Counted from the whole stretch's first letter, positions 1 through 13,264 are shown. The stretch: 50,149 bases of DNA, filler included, from Sphacelaria rigidula (GCA_964200075.2; 2 parts of 2 records of this genome joined end to end with filler, not necessarily neighbours in it), one strand, 5' to 3'. The notes: a model not told the origin generated them from the sequence alone. Made by a program: numbers and translations.

Positions 1-1822
1 TGGGGGCCCTATCCCTGGCCCAGATGAGCCTCCCCAGGTTTCCCAGTGCAGAGCGGTCGCAGCTTGGTTTTATGGTATTACTTGCACTCAGTATAGTGTT
101 CCCGAGTTTTTCCCGGAGTGTTTTTTGGGTCCCGATTCAATACTGAAACGTAGTAATTTACACTAACACAGGGTGGGCCGGAAAAAAACGGGAAGGAGTG
201 TACCTGCTACCATGTGGTCATTTTCACCAGGTACTAAACCCAGGTGGGCCGTGGAAAGATAAAAGGAGCTACCGTAGTAAATTCTGCTTATCCCTCTGCC
301 GATGACTTAGTGTGCAGTTAACATGTATGTAGTAGGCGGGGATGAAGAAGCGGTATATAGGCAGTTGATCTCGGTGGCTGAGAATTGCCCAGAATGTGTA
401 AGGGAGTATGCAACGGCAGCTGCTGCTGCAGTCGGAGAGGCGTACTGCACTGCACTGTACTATACTGTATGTATGCGCGCCGCAACGCTGACATCCTTCG
501 AAGAGAAGTTGCCGCATGCAACAAAGAGGGAAATGGCGGCCCACCCTGACCACAAAGGGCTGCGTGGCAAGGTGATGAGGACAAAAATACCATCCAAAGC
601 CACAAGTGGCGGGCGGCCTGCCGGTTGCCGTATCCTGTTGGAAGCTCTCCACCGCGACCCATACTGCGTGCTACATCAGATGTACACCACCTAATGCGCA
701 TCCCGCACCTGAATATAGATTTGATGCAACTTTCGGTCTTCGTCATAACCCTGCGGCTACATGCGCGGATTTTCACACACCACTGTCTGTTTCGTGCAGA
801 CGCCAGACGCGTCATTCCTAACCAGCCTCATTGATCGTTCTGGAGGCCCGGTCCCAAAAGGGTGAATTCTTTTTGTCTACTCCAGCATTTTCCCCAATTT
901 CTATCTCTTTGTGTGTTTCTTTTTTTGTCCCTTGTTTCTTGGGTTGTGCGCATCTTGCGACCTCGGCTGGATTCGAAGCGGCATCGGTTCATGCGAGAAA
1001 AATCAATCCAACAATCATTCATCAAATACATGCCAGCTTTTCGTTTGTCGTTGTCCTTGGACACGAGTTCCTCGACATGGGGCAGGCGACGAGTGAAGAC
1101 ATCACGTGATTTTCGTGACTTGTGATTTTGAGTGCGGGATGAGCTGCGTACAACGTATTCTCGTCGTGCCAGATTGTGATGAATATTTGAATCAGCAGGT
1201 TACCTGCCATATGTCTTGTCTATACGGCAATTGGGGGGCGGCATATAGCACAAGATGCAGTATAGAGAGTGCGCAATGATATGCAATGATGCACCGTGTA
1301 CGACAAACGGAAAATATGGCATTCAATCGCACTAATACAGGTAGGTAGTACTTCGTATGTATAAAACATGTATACACAGTAGTATGCCCTTTTTCGTGTA
1401 GATGTTTTGTGTGCCTTCCTCTACGGGCTGCTTGATTTATGGGTATGGGTGGTATGCTCCTTGCACTCTGCGACCACGGCTTCGAGAGATCGAGCTAACG
1501 TGACGAACATAATAATAGTAATAATAATTAGCGATGGGTGGGTCTGTATCCAGTCGAGAATGGCCTCCTTAGTGGATATGACGAGCATAATCGAGCGATA
1601 AGTCTACTTTACGAGCATGATTTTTGGTGAGATTACTAGCATGAAAAAATGACCTTACTAGCATTAAAAGTAGAAGCCTACTTGCTGTCCGCCTTCTACT
1701 GTCTCATCACGCGTGGGGGCAGCAGTCCCCGCTCGCTTTTCCACGTAATTGAATTTGATCTTCCTTTGATCCACACGATGCCGGTGCATGCGCAAATTTA
1801 TCCTCGTCGCTGTCGCTTTAAG

Positions 1823-1980
1823 GACATCGTTGATCAATCTGGACGTGGCACGGGAACAGCGGGAACGGCAGATATCACGCAGACGGCGGGGAAAAAGCGT
1901 GGGCGAGCGGAGCTAGATTCGATGCCATCGCACGGCGGCTTGCCACCTGGAATTGGAGGGATGGACAAACAGCCTACCTG
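1823..1980 (+). CDS. PolyQ/low-complexity protein, exon A (DIVDQSGRGTG...GKKRGRAELDSMPSHGGLPPGIGGMDKQPTW); 5' end of gene not resolved
   Basis: Acceptor tttaAG at 1821-1822 and donor GTgaga at 1981. The exon ends in phase 2 (TG), which joins the G at 2321 to give TGG in frame with the next exon. Basic KKRGR motif. Confidence 0.7.
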
Positions 1981-2320
1981 GTGAGAGAACTTGTTGCAGT
2001 ACAAGAGCCGGTCCCGCGTGCCCCCTTAAGTACCTTGCCCTTTCAGCATTGTCATTGTGTCATACCCATGCCATGGTTTGCTGTAGTCTCCTTTTTTCAG
2101 CAGCAAAAGATTACCTCCAGGCGCCTCAGCTGTCGACTTTTTCTCGCGGCGATGGTCTTCAAATAATAATCGATTGAGATTGATTTTGAAAGGTATGATG
2201 TACCGACTTAAATCGTGTCACCATTATCGAAGAAGGAAGCATCCCTTGGTATTCTTCACGATCGTTTTCGCTTCGTACTCCTCCTGTTTTGGGTGGGGTT
2301 TAACTTCAATTTTTGGTCAG

Positions 2321-2585
2321 GACGCTGGGGAACATGTACCGAATGCCCCCGATGCTTCAGCCCAATGGGACTCCAACCGCCGGGGGCGCGGCGGGTATTG
2401 ACCCTACGGTGTTGCAAGCGCAGCAGCAACAGCAACAACAGCAGCAGCATCACCAACAGTACTTCATGACGCCGGAAGTGGGGACCTCACAAGGAATGGG
2501 TCCGTTCGCGGACAGTCAACAGCAACACCATCGCCAACAACAGCAACAGCAACAGCAACAGCAACAACAATTTTTGATGCTTCAG
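2321..2585 (+). CDS. PolyQ/low-complexity protein, exon B (TLGNMYRMPPMLQPNG...QQQQFLMLQ)
   Basis: ttttggtcAG acceptor, CAG|GTgggc donor at 2586, CAG/CAA polyQ codons, phase compatible with both neighbours. Confidence 0.85.
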
Positions 2586-2629
2586 GTGGGCGAGGAATTA
2601 ATTTCGATGTTTTGCACCCCGCCCCCCCT

Positions 2630-2783
2630 GGGTGGTCAATATGTCAAACGACTGACGCGAATAACAAATGAGTACGCACCCCCTCACCCCCTAGTCCGGC
2701 GAAAACCCAGCGTGCTCCGTCCCGGCATTGTAGGGATGCGAGGTCAATGGTCTTGTGACTATGGCATGCATGATCATGAGTAC
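2630..2783 (+). mobile_element. Two stacked non-LTR 3'-end fragments (2630-2675 and 2693-2783), both ending GAGTAC before C-runs
   Basis: First fragment resembles 17135-17178; second matches 19393-19484 (GTCCGGCG.AAACCC.GCGTGCTCCGTCCCGGC.TTGTAGGGATGCGAGGTCAATGGTC). Confidence 0.7.
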
Positions 2784-2831
2784 ACCCCCCCTGTCCCCTC
2801 CGTTTCTTTTTCTCTTTTTCTTTCACCGACG

Positions 2832-3030
2832 ATAACACAGCCCGGACATAGACATTGAATGGAGAAGCTAACCATCCTTTTTATTTAACCTACTATAACA
2901 CAGCCCGGGCATAGACATGAAATACAGAAGCTAACTCCCCTTTTTCTTTAACCTGCCATAACACAGCCCGGACATGAAGATGAAATAAAGAAGTCAACCC
3001 TACTTTTTATTTAACCTATCACAACACAGC
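2832..3030. repeat. 63-bp minisatellite, ~3.2 diverged copies
   Basis: A(T/C)AACACAGC recurs at 2832, 2895, 2958 and 3021 (period 63). Confidence 0.85.
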
Positions 3031-6000
3031 ATTCGTTCGCCTACAGATGGACTACCTCTGCGGCTACCCGTACTCCTCATTTTGGTCGTGAGGGTCGTGA
3101 GGTTCAACCATAGATAACATGGGCACAAGCAACGTGCTCTTCACCCTGCTCGTGGTTTATGCCGCCTGCCTGACCCCTCTTACGTTACCAGCATAGCATT
3201 ACACTGTCTGTAGTGTTGTGGAACGCCAAGCAGAGACATCAGCAGCATGCAGTAAACTGTGTTCAGTGGGGAGAGCGATGGGACGGACGCTCACTGTTTC
3301 TCGTATCCAGCAAAAACAAACGGCACACATACGAACTCTGCGCGCACTTGACTGCAGGGTAAAACCCGGTCAGGAGTTATTCGGTTCTGCTTTTTATTTA
3401 GATGGCCAACATCCACATGTTCATGAAAAAATGAGTTTTGTTTAGCGAGAAAACAGCTGTTCGAAACCCCACCTATGGTATAGTTCGTCTGAGTCCATCT
3501 AAGGGGAGTTTGCAGTGTAAGGGTTGACTCCCGGAAAAAGTGGAGGCCCGCTTCTTCTTTATTTACAGCTTCACACTCAATTTCAAATGACAAGTCTGAA
3601 AAATGAGCTGAGGAACTGAGTTAAGGGCCAAGCACAAAGTCCCGTTTTTACGAAAACGTGCTTGACCCATGAAAGCAAAGAAGCAATGGCCTAGAAAAGC
3701 ACGAAAAATGAACAGAAACGCGAAAACAGTAAAACACACAATCTAGACCCATTTCGCTCCGAATTTTTTACGCACAGCAATCGGGAGGCTCGCCGGGACC
3801 CAGGCCTAGAAAAAAAACAGAAAGTAACTTTTTACTCGCGAGATATGGCCATGCGCAGAAGAACGTCTCGCCTCGAGAAACCACCTGTCCTTGTTAGACC
3901 AAATTTCGGCAAGGTGTACCTGACCTAGGAGTTCTTCTCCAATGGTACCTTATCTGGGCCACCAGTCAGCGCAGAAAGTACCTATCCTGGACAATCGCTT
4001 CCCACACTGTACCTGATGCGGCACACTGCGCGCAATGGAATCCACGTGCCGACTCCAACCATTGCGCCCACACGTTCGGCTCTTTTCCTGCTCATTTGCC
4101 GTTCACGAACGCCACAACGACCACACCCCTTTCTCCCCGGAAATGGTTCCTGAGTCTCTCCGCATCGACACAAGAGCTGGACTCACAACTCACAACGCGT
4201 CGGTTTTCAGCGCTTGCGGAGTGTTAGTGTCACGTTACATCGTGCCGTTGCGATCTGGGGCTGGTGTCAGCGTGCCGTCACCAGAGACCGTCATCACATA
4301 ATCGGCGATCGGTATAAGGAATGGATAAGAACCGTCACGCATATCTAAATATAGGGATGTCATAGTGATAGCGTTCACCCTCAAAGAGCAACGTGCAAGA
4401 ACAATGCCAGCCCCAACACCAGACATGAAGCTCAGGACACTATCCGAACTGTTCGCTCGTCGTTGGTGATTGTCACGCATGGTCGAGATAGGGGATGCTT
4501 CCGATTGTGTTTTTGTTGGGCGCATATGGTCCGTCCAGGACAATTTTTTATGTTGTCACACATGACGTACGTACACTTTTCTCGGGGTGGGAGTCGAATT
4601 CAAGACACCATTTCAAGCCCTCTTCAGGCGGCGAAGTCTATGGAGAGTTTTTTGCTTTTGTTTTTCCTGATCTCTTCACGTCCAAAAATCGAAAATTCTT
4701 GTTTGCGATTTCCCGGGGTATGTACTATTGAGATGGCAGCTTTGACACGGTGTTTGGACAACTCTTGGGATTTCCCCTTGATAGTTTTATCAGATTCTTG
4801 AAAGAGCAAAAGTTGACTAAGTTTTTGAGGGAAAGCGAATCTATGAGGTCATTTTGTTTGCTTTTTTTATGCGATAAGCAACCGATTGATTTCAAAAACA
4901 GTGTGCGGCAGATGCTTCCTCGCGTAAATCTCGAGAGAGACACTTTCATTTTTTCTGAGAAAACGGAATTTCACGACACAATCTACATTTCCTCTCGTCG
5001 CTGTTTGGAAGCAAAGGAGCATCATCGTATGGTTATGCTTTGCATGCTGGTTTGGTGTTTATGATTTGATGAATATACTGCATCATAATATCATGGCATA
5101 CGAACAACGACGTTTTTCAACAGCGGACGATTGATTCGTCTCGCGAAATATTGAGGCAAACTTTTCCCAATCGAGGGTAAAACGACATTTCGGGGTAATT
5201 TTGGCCCCAAATGGTGGATTGAAAAAAAAAAGAACTCCGCAGCGATCGATGTAACTCAGTCGGCGGTGGGTTCATCGGTACGGTTCAAATGATTCAACGC
5301 ATACACTAATTTCAAGTAACTTAATTGAAATTATTACCCGTCCCTCTAGATTACGTAACGCATTTTTAACGCAAACTTGATTTTAGTATGGACTCCGTCA
5401 CACTTGTGTTCACCGGCCTTCTGCAGCCCGCAGCCGCAGTACAGGACCGTGCTGCGGAGAAATAGTATCCTGGCCAATAACGGGCTCACAAGGGGTGCTT
5501 TGTATTTCCGTAGACGGGTTGGTGTACCCAACGTTCGCTATGAGCGTCGTCGTGCCTGCGGTATGGTTGCGGTGGCCGGGGTTGGCGTTGCAGTCTCCAT
5601 TTGCGCTTAGCTTGCTTCTCCTGTATCCTGCACGGCTTTGGGGACGGGGCATGAGATAAGACGGCGCTATCGTCGTCGTTGTGCGTTGTTCCATGCTCCC
5701 GGATGGCATAACCCCATAGAAGGACTATGTCCGCATCAATCCTGCTGGCTCCCTATTGCTGGCCGCTTTTCTTCTGGTCGGCTCGTGTTGATCGGTGCCG
5801 GCTGTACTGCGTCCGACCCTTTGATCTTGGCTCACGTGCAGCACCGTCTCCCCCTCGATCTCGGGCCCCGTTCGTTACCCGCGGGTGTAGACTTTTGTCA
5901 GTTGCTGTTCTCGCTATCCCCGGCAATAGTGGTGATGCATATGTACATGTTCTTGAACCGGTTCATAGATGGTGATCTCAGAGCTGTGCCGAATTCGAAT

Positions 6001-7282
6001 ATAGTTGAGCGAAACGTTCATATCTGCCGTCGGTTCCAAACATGTCCGAATGAGAGCATTGGGTTTGAACGTGAAAGGCGCTGGGTTTCTAGGGGTGGTG
6101 GTCGTTCATGGCAGTCGAGCTGCTTTCGTGGCTCATGCGCGAGAACATGTCCTTGATCCTGGGTCTTGTTCTGTCCCCGCGAGGTATATCATGGGTATCC
6201 TATTTCTTCTTGCAATCATGGTCAGCAGGCGTGTTGGTACAGTGGGTTCTATCTACACTTCAAGGCTGCCCCTTTGCATTCAGAAAAAATAAAGGCCCTA
6301 CCGCCGTTGTCGGCCAGCGTGACTACGTCGCGTATTAAGGTCAGATCGACCTTAAGCCGTATGATAGATTGCAAGGCCGATTCTGGCCTCAAACCGCGGA
6401 CATCCAGACGTGCGGCCGGATGGACCCGTGTCCACATCAAGATGAACGTGTTTCAACAGGTTGAGGGTCCTGGGACACGCAGTATGTGGGTTGAGAATCA
6501 GAATACGAGATAATGCGGTCCCAGTTGCTGCATGTGCCGTAACTGTGCTTGACAGCCACCAGGTGGCGACCGTTGTGAAAACCTGCGCCAAACCACCAAC
6601 GTTAAATGACGAGTTAAAGCGCAGCCCGCTCCCCTTATGTGGAGACTTGCTTGTGCAGAGCATTTATGTTTGTTTTCAGGACGCAAGAAAAGGGCGCAGA
6701 AGAACGTCCCTTGAGCGCTCTCTGCACGATCGCGCTGTGTCTAAAGTTGCCAATTTTGCGATATGATAAAGGAACGCACCGGCACACCAGTATCCGATAC
6801 CATAACCCCCCCTCCCCCGTCCATATCACATCTACCGTATAATTCCATACTTTCCATGCCACCTGAAACCGCCTATCAACTGCGGCCGGAGGTATGGATA
6901 TCCGTCTGCACTTCCTGTCTTTCTTCGAGTGACCGCCGATCTGAAGATGGATTTGGTGCCCGGCTGCAGTGGTGGATGGAGTACCGTGGCCGGCGGGGCG
7001 GCATGGTTCAAGGCCGGATTATGCCTCTGCGAATAAAATCGGCTTACCGCTGTTTTATAACCGTGCAATCCGAAGAACCCGGCCTTAACGGCGTAACTGC
7101 CATAGAGTAATCGGGCTTCAAGTGTGGAACCCCCTGTACAGGTATTCAGGGGTCGTGTCACGGTAGTTCATGGCAGTCGAATTGTTTCGTGAATCATACA
7201 CACAGCTGAACCCTTGTCTTAATCTCGTGCCCCTGTGTCCATGCTTCCCTCCGCTCTTTGCTGGAACGTGCCATTCGAGCAG

Positions 7283-7526
7283 CAGCAAGCGAACGCCATT
7301 ATACCTATGCCAGGAACGTTTGTGCCCGCAGGATACGATTTATACGGACCACCTCAGTCTCCACAAGCAGCATCGTTTTTGGGTGCCGGCATTGAAGGTT
7401 TACCTCCTGGAGCTGCTGCTCACCAACTCATGCCATATCTACAGGCACAGCAGCAGGCACAAGTTGCACAGCAGCAACAGCAACATCAACATCAACGGCA
7501 ACAACAAATCGGTGCTGCAGGGGCAG
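7283..7526 (+). CDS. PolyQ/low-complexity protein, exon C (QQANAIIPMPGTFVPAGYDLYGPPQ...QQQIGAAGA)
   Basis: Pyrimidine tract then gagCAG/CAG acceptor (NAGNAG ambiguity of +/-3 nt), donor GCAG|GTgggg at 7527. Phase 0 in, phase 1 out, matching exon D. Confidence 0.85.
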
Positions 7527-7753
7527 GTGGGGCTTCTACTCCTTGGCCTTGAATTCACCAGTACGTGAAAAAAAAAGAAGGGAAAGAAAGTATTGAAAGG
7601 TTCGAGAGTAAGCCGGAAAAGTGGCATTGAAAGTACATACAGTATAGACAAAAAGAATGAAAACTTGAAGGAATGGTGTTCCTTTTCCAAGCATAAGATC
7701 GTAGATATGAATAGGCTTGCCTTGATTAGTGCAACCACTTTAATAGAATGGAA

Positions 7754-8640
7754 GATTGATTGATTGTCGCACTTTAACTGACCCCCCAGGGGTCCAGCCG
7801 CGGTCTTATGATAGATGAACCCAAGAAAAACGAAACTGAAACACGCTCTGAAGAAAAGAAGGGACAGAAAATAAAAAATCGAACAGAACGAAATAGGATA
7901 CCAAGTCGTAATGAGCAAAGCACAGAAAGAAATGGCCGACCTGAAAAAAAAAAGGAAAATAAGAGGAAAGTACAGAGCAAATAAAATAAAGTACGATAAC
8001 TCGATGAAAAAAGAAGAGAAAATAAAAGGAAAGAAAAGGAAAAGGCCCATGGGATTCAGGGCAGCAGAACAAAACGGAAATATGGATGCAGATGGAGAAA
8101 TAAAAATATATAGCAGAACGAAGCAGAAACGTGTGCTGGAATCAGGGTATTAGATGCATTCTGAGGGCAAAAGATTTGGGAAGCGCATTCGTACTACAAA
8201 ATATTTCGCATGCCGTAAAGATGTTAGCCCCTTCACGTTTTGTTCGCGTCCTCGAGAGAGTAGATGTATCTCTCTGTGAACGTTCTTGGCCGGATGTTGC
8301 CCCTGTGAGTTGTTCACACATCGGGTCAAATAGGTTGTGGCAAACGCCCGCTACCCCTAAATTGAATGTGTCGGAAGTCATTCAACGATAGAGGGGTGTC
8401 AAAACCACTTTTTTTTCACAAGGTGAAGAACGACGTATTTCCTTATATCCTACCCTGTTCTACACAACAGCCTGTTGCCGCCCAGTCTATTAGGGTGTTG
8501 TCTGTGTGTATCAAAGGAAATATTGTACCTTGTTCCTTCGAAGAGACAGCGGTTTTGACCCCATATATCGTTGAAGTATACGCTCTTCAACACGTGGGAA
8601 GACTCAACTCATGTAGAGTGTACTGCTTGGTGGGTTATTG
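7754..8640 (-). mobile_element. 3' part of a LINE-like element ending in a (CAAT)n tail; shorter copies near 26230-26430, 39895-40040 and 44690-44730
   Basis: Plus strand begins (TGAT)nTGTCGCACT in all four places. The copies at 7754, 26230 and 39895 continue ...GACCCCC...AAACTG..A.ACGCTC.GAAGAA; 44690 shares only the terminus. T-rich 3'UTR-like stretch and broken ORF upstream on the minus strand. Confidence 0.6.
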
Positions 8641-8671
8641 AGTGTATTGTAAATCCCGATCTTGAATGAGA

Positions 8672-8850
8672 GTGCTGTGCTCCAAGCGTGCGCAAAACGT
8701 TTTTTGTCCGAATCGGCGCCCCAGGCGCCGATTTGAGGTCTGGCAACGCATACCTCGCCTAGGGAGCACTTTGCATCCCCCTTGCCCGAGGGTTCTCGGT
8801 ATGCCTTCGTTGGAGCTAGGGTTAGGGTTGGGCCTAGAGTTAGTGTTGTT
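8672..8850. repeat. Dispersed repeat carrying TTAGGG-like units; inverted copy at about 41430-41600
   Basis: GATTTGAGGTC..CAACGCA...CTTTGCA.C.CCCTTG.CCGAGGGTTCTCG.TATGCCTT...AGGGTTAGG matches the reverse complement of 41430-41590. Confidence 0.7.
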
Positions 8851-9082
8851 CGAAATCATAAATTTCCGAGAAACTTCCCATACCTCCCAAGTGGTAAACC
8901 AACCTCCACGAAGGCGCCCCCTCGGAAGATTCTCGGAATTGCTTACAAGCAGATATACAGCGACCATGTTTAAGCGAGGGCTAGAGTGCTGTTCTGTTTT
9001 ACCTGCACGCTCGAGCCATGAACACATGTGCTTCACCTATTTTTTGCTGCCTTGAGTTGTTGAGATATTCGTCCACCAGTAT

Positions 9083-9365
9083 CGCGCAGACCGCAGGTTA
9101 CAAGCGATATGTCGTTGTCGGCTAGGTGCACGACAAAGCATGGCTTGGACGACAAGCACGGTCATGAACAGCTCAGATGACTAGAAAAAGAAGGAACAAG
9201 AAGTAAATCAGTATGCGTGGCTACTGTACCAACCGACAATGCAATAGGTGTTGCGTTGCACCCGTGTACAGAACATTCCCAAGGTCGTCCACTGAAGGAC
9301 CAAGTACGACAGGAAATATACTGTTGTACAAACCGTGGCAAGTGACTCCGTTTATTGAATCACAG
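9083..9365. repeat. Dispersed repeat; diverged direct copy at about 14880-15160
   Basis: Shared GCGCAGACCG.AGG...GCGATATGTCGTTG...GCATGGCTTGGACGACAA...CCGACAATGCAATAGGTGT...GTACAGAACATTCCCA...CTGAAGGACCAA. Confidence 0.8.
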
Positions 9366-10683
9366 ACATCCTCCCATATGAAATAACTCCGCGAATATAC
9401 GCAGCCACGACCGTCATGATCACAAGGACTCATGATCACCGAATCCATCGCTGTCATCCTTTCCATAATCCACGATGAACGCCTACGAGCTGGACCAGCC
9501 AGCGGTGGGTAGTCTTCTCGCTCACGCGACGCACAGCGTAAAATTAGGAGTTAGACGCTGAAATTTTAACAGCAGCTTATGATGATCGACATGCGGAACA
9601 TCTCGCAAGCAGCAACGAAAAAAAAAAAGTTGTGGGCATTTGAAATTTCAGCAAAACAAGATGACATCATAAATCCACGAGAAATACGAGAATCTGCAGC
9701 TGGTCCCGCAATGTATCATTTCCTTTGGTGCAGACGGTCTTCGTGAAATTTCAGCTCAAGAGTTGTCGAATTAGGCCGTGCGTGCAGCGTCTTGTGCGAC
9801 ACAACCACGCCCCTATAATTCAAGTGATACGGGAGACTCCAATTATGAAGGTCATGAGCTCAAATCCCGACAGATGATGTCTTTTTTTCGTCCATCATTG
9901 AGGCCATATATTATGCAGTACACTTTTCCCCATTTTTTTCTTCATTCAGCGGCGGTGCCGTGTGTTACCAGGTTGGTCTCACTTCACAGTGATATGCTTA
10001 CAAAAGTGTCATCTGGGAAACTGGGGAAGATGTAGTGTGGACAACACTTTGCCGCTTTTAAGCCGTCCCAGCTCGTACTGTTGCCCAGTATTCTTTATAG
10101 CTTTCATATATTACAACGAAGAGTTCTGTACAGCAACACTGTCCACAGGCCCCGCACAAATTCCGTCTGCCCTTACCCTGCATCGCACATGGGACACAAA
10201 AGATGGCACCTGCAATCATTCTGCGCCCCGCAGAAGTGAACAAGGAGTAAATGCTCCATTATATCTCTGCACCATACATTTATAAACCCAAGAAATCTCA
10301 ACCAGCCCAAGAACTCCCCGTATTCTCCCAATTGATACACATATTAGAGAGTTTCAGAAACGAAAAATCGGCCGGAAAACTCAGGCTTGGGGTTTAGGAC
10401 TTGGCATTTAAGGCCAGGATATGACGAGTTGCACTAGTAAAATGCTGAAAACTAAACTATGAGAAGAGACGTAGGCAGCAACCCAGGGCTTATCTGGAAA
10501 TTTTCAAGTAAACCCTGAGTCGCTAAACACCCCCAAAGCGTTGGTGCCCAACTCAGGGTTAGGAAACGGAACTAGACACCCCGTCTATAACGCCCAAGGT
10601 TAGAGAACACAGCCGTAGTACAAATATCGTGAGTGGGGTGATGGGTGATAAAGGATGCCGTGAACGCCCGCGACAGCGCCGGT

Positions 10684-11812
10684 GGCGCGACCTATTTGCA
10701 GGTGGGGTATGCAAATAAGAGCGTACAGGTCGCGAACACCGCCAGAACCAGTTCCACGACAAACCCTATTTCAAATGCTGATGAGCACACGAAGCAAAAG
10801 GCATACTCCACAGCAGGGCTGCACCACCGATCATATTTATTTTGGTATAGGGCAGGATGCTGTAAACGTAGGCGGCGATGACTTCTTCGCTCCATACTCC
10901 TGGGAATCGTAAATTCATCCGTTTTTTCTTGGGGCACTTCTTCAAGCCAAGTTCTTGAATAGCAAAAAAATCTTGATAGTTGCTGCGGCATGGACAACAC
11001 GATATTAGCTGGGTGTTCAAGTGTAATCCCGTCATCATGAGAGTGTGCATTGCGTAATGACAACCGGTCACACCCGCCGCAGCCCATGCGCAGGAATACA
11101 GTGTATCCGCGCAGATAACGGCATTTGGATGCTCTTAGTACTATGCACGACCGTACAGCCGCAAGTAGGGAAACTTGTGAAATCACACCATCATTGTACT
11201 ACGAGTCCCGTTGTCTGCTATCTGCCGTGCGGACTATACACTACTGTATTTTATGTACAGCGGACAACAGACAATAGCAATAGTACAGGAGTACTACTGT
11301 ACATGGCCTATCGTGCTCTGAACGCAGTTGACGAATGGTGCGATACAGGAATACTCCCACGATTCGTGCTGCCGATTGGATAGCCTGCACAGTACCCAGA
11401 CACAGTGTACAGACAGTGTGTTTTTTGTCTTGTACAACAGCAGTGCAACAGCAGTAGTATGATATGGCGGTATTCTCGATGGCAAGCAGCTGATGCGTAC
11501 TGTATGCAGTCCGTGTCGTCAGAGCATCCATACAACCGAGCATGCGCGGTGCTTGGCTGGCCAAGAACACAAGACGGCTGTTTGCTGGTCAACATCGAGC
11601 AGAGAGCTCATCGTCGCAGGCGTGTGTGGTCTCCTGCCCTACGACAAGATGTTTTCTTCACTTCCCTGCTGTAGACTGCTGTGAAGTGCGACTGACCGTT
11701 GTTCGTATGCCCAGCATTTCGATTCGAATTGGGTTTATCTTACGTTGGTTCTGGAGGCGTTCGCGACCTGTACGCTCTTATTTGCATACCCCACCTGCAA
11801 ATAGGTCGCGCC
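10684..11812. mobile_element. Non-autonomous Mutator-like (MULE) element with ~100-bp TIRs
   Basis: GGCGCGACCTATTTGCAGGTGGGGTATGCAAATAAGAGCGTACAGGTCGCGAAC at the left end is the exact reverse complement of the right end; 9-bp TSD AGCGCCGGT / AGCGCTGGT (1 mismatch). Confidence 0.8.
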
Positions 11813-13264
11813 AGCGCTGGTGATGGCAGCTCGTTCACGAGGATGGCTCAAGACTCCAGGAAATACTTGGAGGCGAGCGGGGGAGCCAGACACCAGTGGA
11901 CCTGGCTTATGATGACGCGGAAGGGTGGGAGTCGGCCGCTCAAGCAGCCGCTACTCGTACGAGTATTTGACAAAATGGCCACCCAACGTGAAGCTTGCGT
12001 TAGCTTGCGCAGGTACCCCACCGTGGGGTGCCGATTTTGTCGAAGTCCTCGTAGCGGCTTCATGAGTGGCCCACTTATGCCCTTCTGCGTCATCTCTAGC
12101 CAGGTTGACAGGTGTCTCCGCTCCCCCGTTCGCCTCAACGCAGCTAGGGTTACTGCGTAGTGAACCTTCATCGAGAGCGACCGTACTTTCTCACAAAACA
12201 CACGCACACATTCTGGCATGTGCACACTTTTACTACAGACAATACAGTACAGAACACTTACTACAGACAGTACAACAGTAAAACTCTCAACGCTCACAAC
12301 TTGTAAGAGTGCTGTACCACACACCAACAGGTGCAGGACTTGTGAATGACTAGGGGGCGCCGATGTGCACTGCCTGTATGCCCAGCACTGTGTACTGTGC
12401 CGGGTTCGTACCCGGAGGCTGTGTTGACGATACTGCTGACGCATATTCAACGGTATGGGGACAGTACAGACAACTTGAGTCATGCTACGATAAGACGGCC
12501 GGTATTTTGAGCCATTTTGCACGAAATTCAACTTCGAATCATCGTTGTAAGCAGCAAAGATGTCCGAACGCGCGTGTTACCGCTAAATAGCGCTCGCTCA
12601 TACTACTGGACGCCGTTTTGCCCAAATACAAGCGCACGGCGAGTGTGTCGGGTTGTCCGAAAGACCTGTGAGTCCTTTTCCCCTGGAATCAAACACCCAA
12701 CCTATCGTAGCACGGCTCTGTACATGCTCTTCCGCGCTGTATGGGTAGCACCGCAAAGGTAGGCGCAGAGGACTAACGCAGAACAGCACGGCGCGGCTTT
12801 CACCTCTTCAATTCATGACACCGACCACGTGGCACTCGGAACAGGAAATACTAAACCCCAAAAAGTTGGCTACGATCCACACCTATGCAGTGAAAAAAAC
12901 GAACAAACTTGGGGTTCAAGCGTCAACAACCCAGCTGTTTTTCGTTTTTCCGTGGGTTCTGCTCCCCCCCCCCGAAACTCTCTATCAACCTCGAACAATC
13001 TTGTTTGCAGTCCCAATAATTAGTCTTCCAATTGATGTGCAAGAACTTCACACCGGCCTCAGCTAACGAAATCCTGTTTTCTGGTCACTTCCTTCCGGCT
13101 GACGATTTGAATTCAATCATCAAATTAGTATACGCTTGGCCCCGTTGAACAGTGATTTTAGCTGTCTCTCCTAGCTTTTACATTCACATCAAACTTACTC
13201 AAAAACGATCAAAACAAACGACATCACGAGCTGGGCCAGCCTAGAAGCAAATTTGAAGTCGAAA

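Noticed and set aside
323..694. 123-aa ORF, possibly a transposase tail or an upstream exon
   Set aside because: No recognisable motif and no convincing splice sites linking it to the exon at 1823.
5400..7150. Dense overlapping ORFs in the 4.7-kb intron
   Set aside because: No consistent frame or domain motif; probably an old TE relic that I cannot classify by eye.
7439..8153. Phe-rich 'membrane protein' and Lys-rich ORFs
   Set aside because: By-products of an A/T-skewed retroelement 3' UTR.
10778..10800. CTGATGAG motif suggesting a hammerhead ribozyme
   Set aside because: No stem II followed by GAAA and no flanking stems I/III; other CTGATGA hits also fail.
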